Positions 1 through 10,181 of a DNA stretch of 64,000 nt are shown piece by piece. The notes under the pieces are model-generated. The model did no database searches. It saw nothing but the letters and a program-made list of their open reading frames with translations, and was not told the DNA's origin. Position numbers and translations under genes: made by a program. Origin of the DNA: an uncultured Bacillaceae bacterium (GTDB taxonomy: Bacteria; Bacillota; Bacilli; Bacillales; Cytobacillaceae); contig CAWBCW010000036.1 of the NCBI GenBank assembly GCA_963787345.1, positions 36,608 to 100,607 on the forward strand, given 5' to 3'. How positions within the stretch are numbered: position 1 is the stretch's first letter; each line of letters opens with the position of its first letter.

Positions 1-614
1 GCAATTCCCTCTCTTGATCCGAGATCCAGCAAATGAGACTCACCAATATTCGTAATTACCGTAACGTTCGGACGTGCTAGCTTTGTTAGAAATTCAATTT
101 CGCCTTTGCCGCTCATCCCCATTTCCAAGACAGCAATTTCTGTGTCTTCTTCAAGGGAAAGGATCGTTAATGGCATGCCGATATGATTATTAAAGTTACC
201 TTCTGTTTTTTGAACTTTATATTTTAGTGACAAAAGATTTGCGGTCATGTCCTTCACCGTTGTTTTACCATTACTGCCCGTAATGCCTACCACTTTGACA
301 TCCAGTTCATTCCGGTAACTTCTCGCCAATTCCTGTAGCGCGGTTAACATGTCTTCCACGATCAAAATCGGTAAGTTTTCCGGTGGATTCGGTACATCCT
401 TTTGCCATAGAGCAGCAGCTGCTCCCTTTTGCAAAGCATCTTTTACAAAATTGTGCCCATCGGAATGTTCACCTTTAAAAGGAACAAATAAATTCCCCGG
501 CTCGATTTTGCGAGAATCAATCGTTATCCCTTTAATGGTAATGTCTTGAAAAGTTTCAATCTTATTTTCGACTTCAATCATATTTGCAACTTGCTGTAAC
601 GTTCTTTTAATCAC
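1..614 (-). CDS. murF: UDP-N-acetylmuramoyl-tripeptide--D-Ala-D-Ala ligase, N-terminal part (runs off window start)
   Basis: Manual minus-strand translation from GTG at 614: MIKRTLQQVA...DSRKIEPGNLFVPFKGEHSDGH...VGITGSNGKTTVKD...NFNNHIGMPLT...VLEMGMSG...ITNIGESHL; directly downstream of ddl. Confidence 0.95.
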   Translation of the reverse strand, partial: MIKRTLQQVANMIEVENKIETFQDITIKGITIDSRKIEPGNLFVPFKGEHSDGHNFVKDALQKGAAAALWQKDVPNPPENLPILIVEDMLTALQELARSYRNELDVKVVGITGSNGKTTVKDMTANLLSLKYKVQKTEGNFNNHIGMPLTILSLEEDTEIAVLEMGMSGKGEIEFLTKLARPNVTVITNIGESHLLDLGSREGI

Positions 615-641
615 TTATTTACACCTCGCATCTGAGAAGCA

Positions 642-1718
642 TTAAAATGTGTATTTAATGCTTTGTTTTTCTTCGTGTCTTTCGATCGCCAATTGGACAA
701 GACGCTCTATTAATTCTGGATACTTCAGGCCGCTTTGATTCCAAAGAAGCGGGAACATGCTGATTGGTGTAAATCCAGGCATCGTATTCACTTCATTGAT
801 ATATGCTTTTCCTTCACTCGTTAAAAAGAAATCCGCCCTTACTAGTCCTGAGCAATCAAGCGATTTAAAAGCCGTGACAGCCATTTCGCAAAGACCGGCA
901 TATTCTGTTTCACTGATTTCAGCTGGAATAATTAGATCCGTATTGTCATCTTCATACTTCGCTTTATAGTCATAGAAATCTTTCTTCGGTACAATTTCAC
1001 CCGCAACCGAGCATTTCGGATCATCATTTCCAAGGACAGCAATCTCCACTTCCCTAGCAATTACGCCTTCTTCAATAATCACTTTACGGTCGAATTGGAA
1101 AGCTTCCAAGAAAGCTTGATCGAGTTCATCACGATCTGAACACTTACTAATGCCCACACTTGAACCAAGATTAGCTGGTTTTACAAAACATGGATACCCC
1201 AATTCTTTTTCAATTTCATCATAAATGTTTTGTTTACTTTGCTCCCACTCATATTTAATGCAGGAAACGTAGTTGACTTGATCCAGACCTGCTTGAGCAA
1301 AGATGTTTTTCATAATTACTTTATCCATTCCAGCTGAAGAGGCAAGAACTCCGTTGCCTACATACGGAATATTTAATAACTCAAGGAACCCTTGAACCGT
1401 TCCATCTTCTCCATTTGTGCCGTGAAGAAGCGGGAAAATGACATCTAGCGTCTCTTTTCCATCTTCTGTTTGGAATAAAGTTGAAGATAAAGATGCCCCT
1501 TGATGCGCATTCGTTCTTTCAAACTTTAATTGGTCTACAGATTGGACATCGTCTTCTAATTGCGAGCCTTTAATCCACTCACCTGTTTCTGTAATATAGA
1601 TCGGATATATTTCAAATTTTTTATAATCTAACGCTTGGATAACGGCTAATGCTGTTCTTAACGAGACCTGATGTTCCGCCGATTTACCCCCATATAATAA
1701 GCCTAATTTTGTTTTCAT
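642..1718 (-). CDS. ddl: D-alanine--D-alanine ligase
   Basis: [41 protein letters not shown] motifs; likely start MKTKLG after GGAGG. Confidence 0.97.
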   Translation of the reverse strand: MKTKLGLLYGGKSAEHQVSLRTALAVIQALDYKKFEIYPIYITETGEWIKGSQLEDDVQSVDQLKFERTNAHQGASLSSTLFQTEDGKETLDVIFPLLHGTNGEDGTVQGFLELLNIPYVGNGVLASSAGMDKVIMKNIFAQAGLDQVNYVSCIKYEWEQSKQNIYDEIEKELGYPCFVKPANLGSSVGISKCSDRDELDQAFLEAFQFDRKVIIEEGVIAREVEIAVLGNDDPKCSVAGEIVPKKDFYDYKAKYEDDNTDLIIPAEISETEYAGLCEMAVTAFKSLDCSGLVRADFFLTSEGKAYINEVNTMPGFTPISMFPLLWNQSGLKYPELIERLVQLAIERHEEKQSIKYTF

Positions 1719-2144
1719 CGTAAAACCTCCATTTGTCTGTCTTTGCAATCCGCTACTTGTGATGGGTAACGGCCCAACCATCAATCGAGGATTTCATGCC
1801 TCCTTGATAGAAATGTCGTTTCACTCCACATTCATCCATTTTACCATTTTATGAAACAGGATAGGGAATGAATATTGTCCTATATCGGGATGATTTCTTA
1901 CAAAAAAAGAAAGCGCCCACTAAGTCGTTTTCTTCATTCTTAAAGTATGTATTAATATGCCCAATCGAAACCTGTTTGCTTGAATTAATGCTGTAATTCA
2001 CTGTTCAAAGATTAACAGATTAGACAGAACTTTTGTCGTATTCGATATTTTATTCGGACAAGTTTTTCTCCCTCTTGGTGCTGTCCGTATCAAGCACGTT
2101 TTCGGATCAGATCCCTTTACTTCCACTTACTCTATCCAACTCTT

Positions 2145-2798
2145 CTAATCCAACAAACAAGTAGTCCCCTTATCCGAGACATGTCCCATATCCCCTTCAA
2201 GCATGAACTCCATTTCCCCGTGCACGACTTTAACGACCGACAAACTCGTTCCATCAACGGTTGGTTCTGTCCAGAAGTCGTTGATGGGAATTCCTTTAAT
2301 AACTAAGAACAAGGCCTTAATAAACAAGCCATGGGACACTACTAATATATTCCCCGTCAACTTCCTATTCTTCAGCCGCGCAAGAAAATCCTCAGCCCGT
2401 TTATACATATCTATGAAGGTTTCTGCTTCTCCATTCTGATAAAGATGGGGGCTCGTCATAAAACAATCATACTCATCCGGAAACTGCTCTCTAATTTCTG
2501 TCTTTGTCAGCCCTTGCCATGGACCCATATCCATTTCCATAATCCACTCATCTCTTTGATACAATAAACCTCTGCTTTCAAGAATAAGTTCAGTCGTTTC
2601 GAGAGCTCGCTCACTCGGACTTGAAATCACCCCGGCAAACTCAACAGTCTTCAACCGCTCCCCTAGTAACCGCGCATACTTCCTGCCTTTTTCTGTTAAA
2701 GAAGAGTTGTATCTACCCTGAATGCGATCTTCTTGATTCCACTCCGTTTCCCCATGGCGAACAATATATAAACTTAGCACTCTGATTCCCCCCATCAA
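2145..2798 (-). CDS. Histidine phosphatase (phosphoglycerate mutase) family protein
   Basis: RHGETEWN, SSPSERA and VVSHG motifs. Confidence 0.9.
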   Translation of the reverse strand: MMGGIRVLSLYIVRHGETEWNQEDRIQGRYNSSLTEKGRKYARLLGERLKTVEFAGVISSPSERALETTELILESRGLLYQRDEWIMEMDMGPWQGLTKTEIREQFPDEYDCFMTSPHLYQNGEAETFIDMYKRAEDFLARLKNRKLTGNILVVSHGLFIKALFLVIKGIPINDFWTEPTVDGTSLSVVKVVHGEMEFMLEGDMGHVSDKGTTCLLD

Positions 2799-2985
2799 AT
2801 TTGCCTGCCGAATTTGCGCCCGGATACAATACCTGAGCTCGCTCGATGAAATATCGTAAAAAATCGCAAGGCTCGCCGGAGGCTTAACTTTATTCAGCTA
2901 AGGTTGAACACCCACTGAATTATAAATCCTTTTAGCATTTATCCCTTACCTTTTGAAGTCGAGCACTTCTCCTGAATGAAGTTAA
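2794..2985. repeat. Structured interspersed repeat (MITE/REP-like), copy 1
   Basis: ATCAAATT(T/C)GCC...GAATTTGCG at the left end; internal AACTTTATTCAG...CTGAATGAAGTT inverted repeat; similar to copies at 3716, 39100 and 59579. Confidence 0.85.
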
Positions 2986-3701
2986 AAGGCAATTTCAATA
3001 GAATGATAAAGCTTGCCGCATTTTTCAATAAGAAAAGACTCTAGTTCAGGATGAAAAGCGATTAAAACACAGGTAGATGGACCGGCTGTTTTCATAATAT
3101 CCACTTCAGTCCTCACGTTATCCCCAATGAGTGAATCATCATCCACCATATTTTTCAACTCATGAAGAATTCCTTTTGAGCCAACTGGCAACAACACGAC
3201 ACCATCCAGCTGACTTAGCTCATAAAAAAGGGAAAGAGGCACCACTTCTTCCGGTGTTTCCAGTACCTCATTCCCGACTAACGGGGAGCCAACGACGGCG
3301 AGTTTTATTCCATCCAAGGAAATAGCTCGTTCCCGATAAGACGCCTTTCGTTTCCCCATAACAACGATTCCAAGCGCCGATTGCATTAATGGAAAGTTAC
3401 TCTCGGTGCTCCCTGTAATCGACACTTCTCTTAAGCCAATCTCTGCGCAGCCTTTTTCAATCCCTGCCATTATCGAACTCCATGCATCATCATGACAAAA
3501 ATTCTGAATCACAACCGAAAATGGGCTCGCCCCTGCGGCCAAACACTCCATCACCGCCACTTTGAAACCGTAGTAGGAAACGACTTCATATGGAGTTTTA
3601 ACCGCGTCATGCTCTTTCAAGCCAATTCCTCCGCTATTATCTGCGGCAACGACAAGCATTTCTTGTTCATTAAAGGGTACAAGTGCAACGTCCCGTTTCA
3701 T
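2982..3701 (-). CDS. cblS: Alpha-ribazole kinase CblS-like (AIR synthase-related fold)
   Basis: VAADNSGGIG, GSTESNF and LPVGSKGI motifs; adjacent to an ECF S-component at the end of the cob operon. Confidence 0.75.
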   Translation of the reverse strand: MKRDVALVPFNEQEMLVVAADNSGGIGLKEHDAVKTPYEVVSYYGFKVAVMECLAAGASPFSVVIQNFCHDDAWSSIMAGIEKGCAEIGLREVSITGSTESNFPLMQSALGIVVMGKRKASYRERAISLDGIKLAVVGSPLVGNEVLETPEEVVPLSLFYELSQLDGVVLLPVGSKGILHELKNMVDDDSLIGDNVRTEVDIMKTAGPSTCVLIAFHPELESFLIEKCGKLYHSIEIAF

Positions 3702-3715
3702 CGAATCGCTCCTTA

Positions 3716-3908
3716 ATCAAATTCGCCCCGCCGAATTTGCGCCCGGATTTTGATCGAGCTCACTCGATCAAATACCGTAAAAAATTGCAAGGCTCGCCAG
3801 GGCTTAACTTCATTCAACCGAGTTTTAAACCCCTGCTGAATCAGAAAGTATTTTTTTACATTCATCTCTCACTTTTAGAGGCGGGAGACTTCTGCTGAAT
3901 GAAGTTGA
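3716..3908. repeat. Structured interspersed repeat, copy 2
   Basis: ATCAAATTCGCC...GAATTTGCGCCCGGATTT...AACTTCATTCA...TGAATGAAGTT. Confidence 0.85.
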
Positions 3909-4377
3909 ATTTACCTTCGTAAAAACGAATTAACCTTGGTAATAAAACAAGGGCAATCACGGTATTAAACACAGCACCAATGAATAAAGATGGCATCACA
4001 CCGATATAAAATCCGGTTCCCAATAAAAATAAAAACGGCAATGGGGCTACCACCGTATTTCCAACGATAAAAAGGATGCTGGCTAGTAATCGATGCCCTT
4101 TTTTATACAGAATCGCAAACAACCATACGAGAACAGCCATTTCAAATCCTACGATAAAGTGTAACGGTCCCATTGGCATCCCTCCAATAAGAGCGGATAA
4201 TAAATGACCGATAAAAGCGATCACTGCACCAGGAAGACTTCCCAACATTACACTCCCGATTAATGCAGGAATCATGTCTAATGCAACACTTGACACAACA
4301 GCGGGTATTTTAATCGATGCACCCGCTACACATAAGGCGATAAATAAACTAATTAGACTGATTTTCTTTATGTTCAC
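3862..4377 (-). CDS. cblT: ECF transporter S component, alpha-ribazole transporter CblT-like
   Basis: About 170 aa, hydrophobic; SVALDMIPALIG and GHLLSALIGGMPMGPLH; GTG start at 4377 after AAAGGA; paired with cblS. Confidence 0.75.
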   Translation of the reverse strand: MNIKKISLISLFIALCVAGASIKIPAVVSSVALDMIPALIGSVMLGSLPGAVIAFIGHLLSALIGGMPMGPLHFIVGFEMAVLVWLFAILYKKGHRLLASILFIVGNTVVAPLPFLFLLGTGFYIGVMPSLFIGAVFNTVIALVLLPRLIRFYEGKFNFIQQKSPASKSER

Positions 4378-4963
4378 TTTCTGTTCGTTCCTTTCTTGTA
4401 CGATCTCGAAAAACCGGAGCACTGCGAATATACTCCACATCCTTTACTCCTTGGCGGAAATTCACAACCCTTGCTGTAGCAAAGAAGTAATCTGACAGTC
4501 GATTTAAGTATTGCAGGGGTAAAACAGATAAGTTGGTATCCTCTTTCATCAATGTCACGACTAATCTCTCAGCTCTTCTTGTGACCGTTCGTGCAATATG
4601 AAGCGTTGCTGCTGCAGGACTTCCCCCTGGTAAAATAAACCGTTCTAATGCTGGTGCTTCCGCAGTATACACATCAATTCGATTTTCTAAATACACAATG
4701 GCCTCCTCCGTCAATTTTGGCGTATGTTTTTTCGTAACAGTGGCCAAGTCACCGCCACAATCAAAAAGTTCATGTTGGATTTTTTCCAAATCCTCTAATA
4801 CATCGCGAAAAAGGCCTGGTTGTAACTGAGTTACTGCCTGACCGACGAAGCCATTTGCTTCGTCTACCGTTCCATAAGCATCAACACGAATATGATCTTT
4901 ATCAACTCTCCCCCCGATAATACCTGTTTGACCTTTATCTCCAGTACGTGTATAAATTTTCAT
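4349..4963 (-). CDS. pduO: PduO-type ATP:cob(I)alamin adenosyltransferase
   Basis: MKIYTRTGDKG, AYGTVDE, FILPGG, RRAER and YLNRLSDYFF motifs. Confidence 0.95.
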   Translation of the reverse strand: MKIYTRTGDKGQTGIIGGRVDKDHIRVDAYGTVDEANGFVGQAVTQLQPGLFRDVLEDLEKIQHELFDCGGDLATVTKKHTPKLTEEAIVYLENRIDVYTAEAPALERFILPGGSPAAATLHIARTVTRRAERLVVTLMKEDTNLSVLPLQYLNRLSDYFFATARVVNFRQGVKDVEYIRSAPVFRDRTRKERTESEHKENQSN

Positions 4964-4977
4964 CCCATTTGCCCCTT

Positions 4978-5415
4978 TCATTTCAATTGTTTATTTAATC
5001 CATACCAAATGACATCAACCCGCTCACAGCTTGATGCCGCAGCTTGGAAAACTCGACCACATACATCCCGCCACTCGCGATCCTCCGACTTTAGCGGAAC
5101 AATTCCCTTTGTAATATCGGTTCCTATTAAAATAACACTTCTTTTCTCATCAGTGCCTTCCCAATTTTCCAATTGTCTCAAGAGGTCATGCCACTTTTCC
5201 TGAACTTCATCACCACTGCTCTCTTGTAACCATTCCTTAACCCACTGTTCAATTCCTTCTAAGACGATATAATTTGTTATCATCCGTTCGAGTTCAATGG
5301 GAATTTGATCATGGTTATAGGCACTAAACCATCTGCAATTCCCTTCGGTTAATCGATTATATGCCTTTACCCATTGTGATTTTCCGTTAAAAGCACCGCC
5401 CGTAATAAATTGCAT
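4978..5415 (-). CDS. Short CobU/CobP-like P-loop protein (second paralog)
   Basis: ITGGAFNGKS P-loop and GIVP...R.WRD..GR motif, but only 145 aa. Confidence 0.75.
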   Translation of the reverse strand: MQFITGGAFNGKSQWVKAYNRLTEGNCRWFSAYNHDQIPIELERMITNYIVLEGIEQWVKEWLQESSGDEVQEKWHDLLRQLENWEGTDEKRSVILIGTDITKGIVPLKSEDREWRDVCGRVFQAAASSCERVDVIWYGLNKQLK

Positions 5416-5990
5416 CGTTCACCCCTCCTGAAAGCCTCTCTACTAGACCAAACGAGTTCAAATCCATTGCCATGCGGAACATGCCATTCCCAAAAGTCCT
5501 TTTCAATCGGTGCCAGTTTCGATAATAAATAGCGAAGTACACCTCCGTGAGTGACAATAGCCAGTGAATCAACCTCATCATCCCTCACCAACTTTGAGAC
5601 CTTTTCCCAGCCTTTTTCGATCCGCTGTGAAAAATCATAGTAGGATTCTACTCCAGGAACATTTGCTTCAAACTGACCACCAATCCACTCCTCATAGTGC
5701 GGGTCACCCGCCAACTCTTCATACCGCTTTCCTTCCCATGGGCCAAAGTTCATTTCGCGCAGTTCTAGAAAAGGAATGAAGTCTTTTCTTGGAAATAAAA
5801 TTTCAGCTGTTTGTAAACAACGGATTAAATCGCTTGTGACCACGACTTCATATGGATTTGGATTTATTGCTGACAAACTTTCTCTCACATCTTCACAGAT
5901 CGGTGCATCCGTCCACCCGATATAGGCCCTCTGTTTATTTAGTTCGGTTAACCCATGACGAAATAAAGCCACAACCACACCATCATCCAT
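5367..5990 (-). CDS. cobC: Alpha-ribazole/adenosylcobalamin phosphatase CobC (histidine phosphatase)
   Basis: [26 protein letters not shown] and VTHGG; follows cobS. Confidence 0.85.
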   Translation of the reverse strand: MDDGVVVALFRHGLTELNKQRAYIGWTDAPICEDVRESLSAINPNPYEVVVTSDLIRCLQTAEILFPRKDFIPFLELREMNFGPWEGKRYEELAGDPHYEEWIGGQFEANVPGVESYYDFSQRIEKGWEKVSKLVRDDEVDSLAIVTHGGVLRYLLSKLAPIEKDFWEWHVPHGNGFELVWSSREAFRRGERCNLLRAVLLTENHNG

Positions 5991-6739
5991 AATAAGCATT
6001 CCACCCCTTCCACTGATGCCCCTAATACATCACCCGTGATACCGCCAAACCAGCGAACGATTTTTCTTGAGATCACGATTAGAAATAATAAAGCTGCCAG
6101 AACTAATAGTAAAAAGCCACTCATCGCTTTTGGCCATATCAAAAAAATGGCCAAGCCCATTATGACTACATAGATCGGATAAATCCATAAGGTTCTCCTT
6201 GACGCCGCTTCTTTAAACAAAGCACCAAGACCCTCTTCTTTGGCAGATTTCACATTCAACAATAAAATCCCCATCACGATTTTTCCTAAAAACGGAATCA
6301 AGATAATAAATAGAAGGGTATACTTACTAGACCGTAAAACAATTTCATATATAAATAGAAACTTTGCACTCAAAAGCACAATAACAGATAGAACGCCAAA
6401 GGCACCGATTCTTGAATCTGTCATAATTTCGATTCGTCTCTTTTTATCCCGATAAGAGAAATAGGCATCACTGCAGTCCATCCACCCATCAAGATGAATT
6501 CCACCCGTGATGATAATCAGTGCAAACCAGATAAAAAACGCGATAGCTAATGGTGAAAAGGGTGTCCATTGTAACAAAACATAAAGAATCACACTATAAA
6601 GGATTCCTTGTAAAAATCCTAGCACTGGAAACATTTTAATCGCCTTATTGATATGCGGACGATCCATCGGCACTTCATAAGGAATTGGAATGCTCGTGAA
6701 AAATTGAATACACATCACGAGACCTTTGATCATCTTCAT
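5948..6739 (-). CDS. cobS: Adenosylcobinamide-GDP ribazoletransferase (cobalamin synthase)
   Basis: [31 protein letters not shown] and [10 protein letters not shown]. Confidence 0.95.
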   Translation of the reverse strand: MKMIKGLVMCIQFFTSIPIPYEVPMDRPHINKAIKMFPVLGFLQGILYSVILYVLLQWTPFSPLAIAFFIWFALIIITGGIHLDGWMDCSDAYFSYRDKKRRIEIMTDSRIGAFGVLSVIVLLSAKFLFIYEIVLRSSKYTLLFIILIPFLGKIVMGILLLNVKSAKEEGLGALFKEAASRRTLWIYPIYVVIMGLAIFLIWPKAMSGFLLLVLAALLFLIVISRKIVRWFGGITGDVLGASVEGVECLLWMMVWLWLYFVMG

Positions 6740-7608
6740 GACTTAAGGTTCTCCCAATCCCAAATCATCCGCTTGATTCTATCCCAATCCAAATGAGCTC
6801 CCATCTTCGCAGCTAGTGAATCATAGCGATTTCCCTTAAACCCTTCCGCATCAACGATATCCCTATTGTCTTTATTCCGAAACTCGTCATCGGAAAGGGA
6901 ATCCTCAGGGTCGATCATATGGTTATGAATATAAGGCAAGACACCAACAACGGGAACCCCTGTCTTGTCCTCAATCCACTCCACCCCATCTTTAAAAAGA
7001 CTGGAGTCCCCACGAAATTTATTGATGATAATGCCCTTCACTCTCCTGCGTTCCTCCATCGTCATCAATTCTAACGTTCCAACAAGACTGGCAAAAACTC
7101 CGCCTCGATCAATATCCGCCGCTAAAATCACAGGTACATCTGCCATTTCTGCAACCTTCATATTCACAAGCTCTCGATCCTTTAGATTCATTTCAACCGG
7201 ACTCCCGGCACCTTCCAAAACCAAAAGCTCATACTCTTTTTCAAGTTGTTCGATTGCCTTTCCAATAACCTCTAGCCCTTTCTCATAAAAGGATTCCCGA
7301 TATCCTCTGCCAGACAAAGATTCTACTCGTTTCCCTAATAAAACTACCTCTGAAACCTGGTCTGATTGGGGCTTTAATAAAATCGGGCTCATCCAAACTG
7401 TCGCTTCCGTTCGTGCTGCTTCCGCTTGAATCCCTTGGGCAAGCCCAATTTCCGAACCATCCGCCGTCAAATAAATGTGGTTGGACATATTTTGCGACTT
7501 AAACGGAGCTACCTTAAGCCCCTCATCGGAAAATAGCCGGCATAAAGCTGTGACAATTAAACTTTTTCCAACATCTGAAGCCGTGCCTTGAATCATTACA
7601 CCTTTCAT
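6736..7608 (-). CDS. cobQ: Cobyric acid synthase, synthetase domain only (glutaminase domain absent)
   Basis: [40 protein letters not shown] and INKFRGD; 290 aa. Confidence 0.9.
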   Translation of the reverse strand: MKGVMIQGTASDVGKSLIVTALCRLFSDEGLKVAPFKSQNMSNHIYLTADGSEIGLAQGIQAEAARTEATVWMSPILLKPQSDQVSEVVLLGKRVESLSGRGYRESFYEKGLEVIGKAIEQLEKEYELLVLEGAGSPVEMNLKDRELVNMKVAEMADVPVILAADIDRGGVFASLVGTLELMTMEERRRVKGIIINKFRGDSSLFKDGVEWIEDKTGVPVVGVLPYIHNHMIDPEDSLSDDEFRNKDNRDIVDAEGFKGNRYDSLAAKMGAHLDWDRIKRMIWDWENLKS

Positions 7609-8186
7609 CCTGCATCTCCTTTCATTACGATCGGAATCCCCGCCTCCACTAAATAAGCAAGACGTGCTACAGCGACTATTTTTTGATGCAAGTTTCCTAG
7701 CAAAGAGCTGTAAACAAAGACAAGATCGTTGGAATGAATCGGCTCATTAACAACTTCATTGCTTACAATAATAAAAGTCTCTACCTTCCGACTAATGGAA
7801 ATGATCCCGTTCCATATTTTTTCAAAGAGTTCACTTAAATAAGAATGATCTTGCCAACCATCCTCTTCAAAAAACAATTCATTATTCAGCCATGTCGTTA
7901 AACAATCAAGCAAAACAACATCTTTTCCACTAAAATTCCCAGCTAGGTCACCAATGGAAGTCGGCTTTTCCCACGTATTCCAAATAAGACTACTTTGTAA
8001 GCGATCATCTTGATGAAGACGAATTCTTTGTTTCATTTCCTCATCGGAAGGCTGCATCGCAGCAATGTAATGAAGTTGGCCAAAAGACCCTGTCTTCGAA
8101 TATTCTCCAGCTAGTTCCTCAGCAAAGCTGCTCTTCCCACTGCGAACCCCACCTGTTATGAAGATGATGGATGAATGCTGCGCCAT
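7605..8186 (-). CDS. cobU: Adenosylcobinamide kinase / cobinamide-phosphate guanylyltransferase
   Basis: [30 protein letters not shown] and VSNEV. Confidence 0.92.
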   Translation of the reverse strand: MAQHSSIIFITGGVRSGKSSFAEELAGEYSKTGSFGQLHYIAAMQPSDEEMKQRIRLHQDDRLQSSLIWNTWEKPTSIGDLAGNFSGKDVVLLDCLTTWLNNELFFEEDGWQDHSYLSELFEKIWNGIISISRKVETFIIVSNEVVNEPIHSNDLVFVYSSLLGNLHQKIVAVARLAYLVEAGIPIVMKGDAG

Positions 8187-9241
8187 TCTTGCATCGCCTC
8201 CAATAGCTGCTTATTTTCCTCCGTTGTCCGAACGGCAAATCTCAGCCATCTCCCTTCGAGGCCAGGGAAATTGAACGTATGCCGAGGAACGATTCCTTTA
8301 GCTAATAAAAACTGGAACAACGGGAACTGATCATCTAGCCCGTGATCTTTTAATAAATAAAAATTTACCTTCGAATCGGTCACTAGGAACCCATTCTTTT
8401 TATAAAAGGAAAAGAGATCTTCACGTTGAGAGTCAATAAATTGAATGGTATGTTGGACATATTCTTCTTCCTCTAAACATAGTTCCCCTATCTTCATCGC
8501 CATGCTATTCACACTCCAATGGGATTGGAAGGTTGCAAGTGTCTCAATGATTTCGAGACTTGCAATTGCATACCCAAGGCGAAGTCCAGGAATCGCATAG
8601 ACTTTAGTCATCGACCGGAGTAGTAGTAAATTTGCATTGTCACGAAGCAAAGGAACTAATGATTCGTAATCTTGTACGAAGTCATAAAAGGCTTCATCAA
8701 CAATAAGATAGCACCCCTGTTTCTGACATTCTTTTAAAATACGCTCGATTAGTCCTCTATTAAAATACAAACCCGTTGGATTATTGGGATTACAGAAAAA
8801 TACGGCGTCTATATCTGTCACCATATCTGAAAAAGAATCAATGTCCACTTCCCAATCCTTTGATAGATGAAAATAGGTAACCTCACATCCATTCACTTTG
8901 CAGACTCTTTCATATTCAGAAAAGGCAGGCTGAACAACCATCACCTTTTTCCCGGCTAACCATCTCCCGATCAGACTGATGAGTTCAGAGCCGCCGTTTC
9001 CAATTAAAATTTGCGTTTCATCAATTTCCTCATGATGAGCAAGCTTCTGTTTCAATAAAGTACTGTGTGGATCCGGATAAGTTTCGATCCCTTGGAGTAA
9101 TTTTCCCCAGTGTTCCTTCACAGAGGCTGGGGGTCCAAATGGATTAATATTCGCACTAAAATCAATGATCTTATCAGGCTGCTCCAGTCCAGCTGCTTGA
9201 TATAAATAATGTGGATTAGATCCATGTGAGGGCCAAGTCAA
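8156..9241 (-). CDS. cobD: L-threonine-O-3-phosphate decarboxylase
   Basis: HG.N, DFSANINP, GNGGSELI, CNPNNPTG, DEAF and SMTKVYAIPGLRLGY; cob operon context. Confidence 0.9.
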   Translation of the reverse strand: MTWPSHGSNPHYLYQAAGLEQPDKIIDFSANINPFGPPASVKEHWGKLLQGIETYPDPHSTLLKQKLAHHEEIDETQILIGNGGSELISLIGRWLAGKKVMVVQPAFSEYERVCKVNGCEVTYFHLSKDWEVDIDSFSDMVTDIDAVFFCNPNNPTGLYFNRGLIERILKECQKQGCYLIVDEAFYDFVQDYESLVPLLRDNANLLLLRSMTKVYAIPGLRLGYAIASLEIIETLATFQSHWSVNSMAMKIGELCLEEEEYVQHTIQFIDSQREDLFSFYKKNGFLVTDSKVNFYLLKDHGLDDQFPLFQFLLAKGIVPRHTFNFPGLEGRWLRFAVRTTEENKQLLEAMQEWRSIHPSSS

Positions 9242-10181
9242 TCAACACACCTCCAAGCCATAAGAATAGTAAAAACATAAGTACCGTTCGCGTTAAGATT
9301 CCATTCATTTTAAGAATATGATTCTTATTGAGAGAACTCACAGGATCCCCCATTAACGCCCGGTTTGACACAATTCCTTTATATGTATTCATACCTCCAA
9401 GTTGAACGCCTAAAAGACCCGCAGCACTTGCTTCACACCAGCCGCTATTTGGGCTGGGATGTTTTTTCGCATCCCGAAATAAGATCTCCCAAGCCTGTTT
9501 CCGATTACCATCAAAAGGACGATTTGATAACAGCATCATAAACCCAGTTAATCGGCTTGGAATTAAATTCACGACATCATCAAGCCGTGCCGAAGCCCAG
9601 CCAAAGTCCGAATAGCGATCATTCTTGTACCCAACCATTGAATCGCAAGTATTGATCGCCCGGTATAGAAGAGCCAACGGGGCTCCCCCTATCCACGCCC
9701 AAAATATCGGAGCTGTGACCCCATCACTCGAATTTTCAGCAACCGTTTCAACGGTCCCCCGAACAATTTCACCTTCAGCTAAATGTTCTGTATCTCTGCC
9801 GACAATATAAGATAGTTTAAGGCGAGCATACCCGATATCCCCCTTTTCCAATGGAGTATAAACGTCCATCGCTGCGTCTTTTAAACTCTTATGGGCGATT
9901 GTTGTTGAAATAAGGATACTCTCTACAACTAGACCTACTAAAAAATGAACCTGATAAGCAGCCACAATAATCAAATAGGAAAGTAATAAGACAGAAGCCA
10001 ATACGACTGAAATCATCATGACCCCTTTCCATTTCCGGTTAGAACCATGATTCCATTTTTTATCAAGGGTAGAAATAAGCGATCCTATCCATTTGACCGG
10101 GTGCGGCCAGGCTGGAGGGTCACCGATCAACCGATCGATTAGAAAAGCAAGCGTAATCGCTAATAGATGTCCAATCATCAT
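9216..10181 (-). CDS. cbiB: Adenosylcobinamide-phosphate synthase
   Basis: GDP...HPV, IVGRDT, ETVAENSSDG, YRAINTCDSMVGY and HPSPNSGW. Confidence 0.95.
   Translation of the reverse strand: MMIGHLLAITLAFLIDRLIGDPPAWPHPVKWIGSLISTLDKKWNHGSNRKWKGVMMISVVLASVLLLSYLIIVAAYQVHFLVGLVVESILISTTIAHKSLKDAAMDVYTPLEKGDIGYARLKLSYIVGRDTEHLAEGEIVRGTVETVAENSSDGVTAPIFWAWIGGAPLALLYRAINTCDSMVGYKNDRYSDFGWASARLDDVVNLIPSRLTGFMMLLSNRPFDGNRKQAWEILFRDAKKHPSPNSGWCEASAAGLLGVQLGGMNTYKGIVSNRALMGDPVSSLNKNHILKMNGILTRTVLMFLLFLWLGGVLIDLALTWI

Noticed and set aside
349-549. Short plus-strand ORF, like most 60-180 aa overlapping ORFs in the track
   Set aside because: Antisense or out-of-frame shadows of well-supported genes; no RBS or motifs
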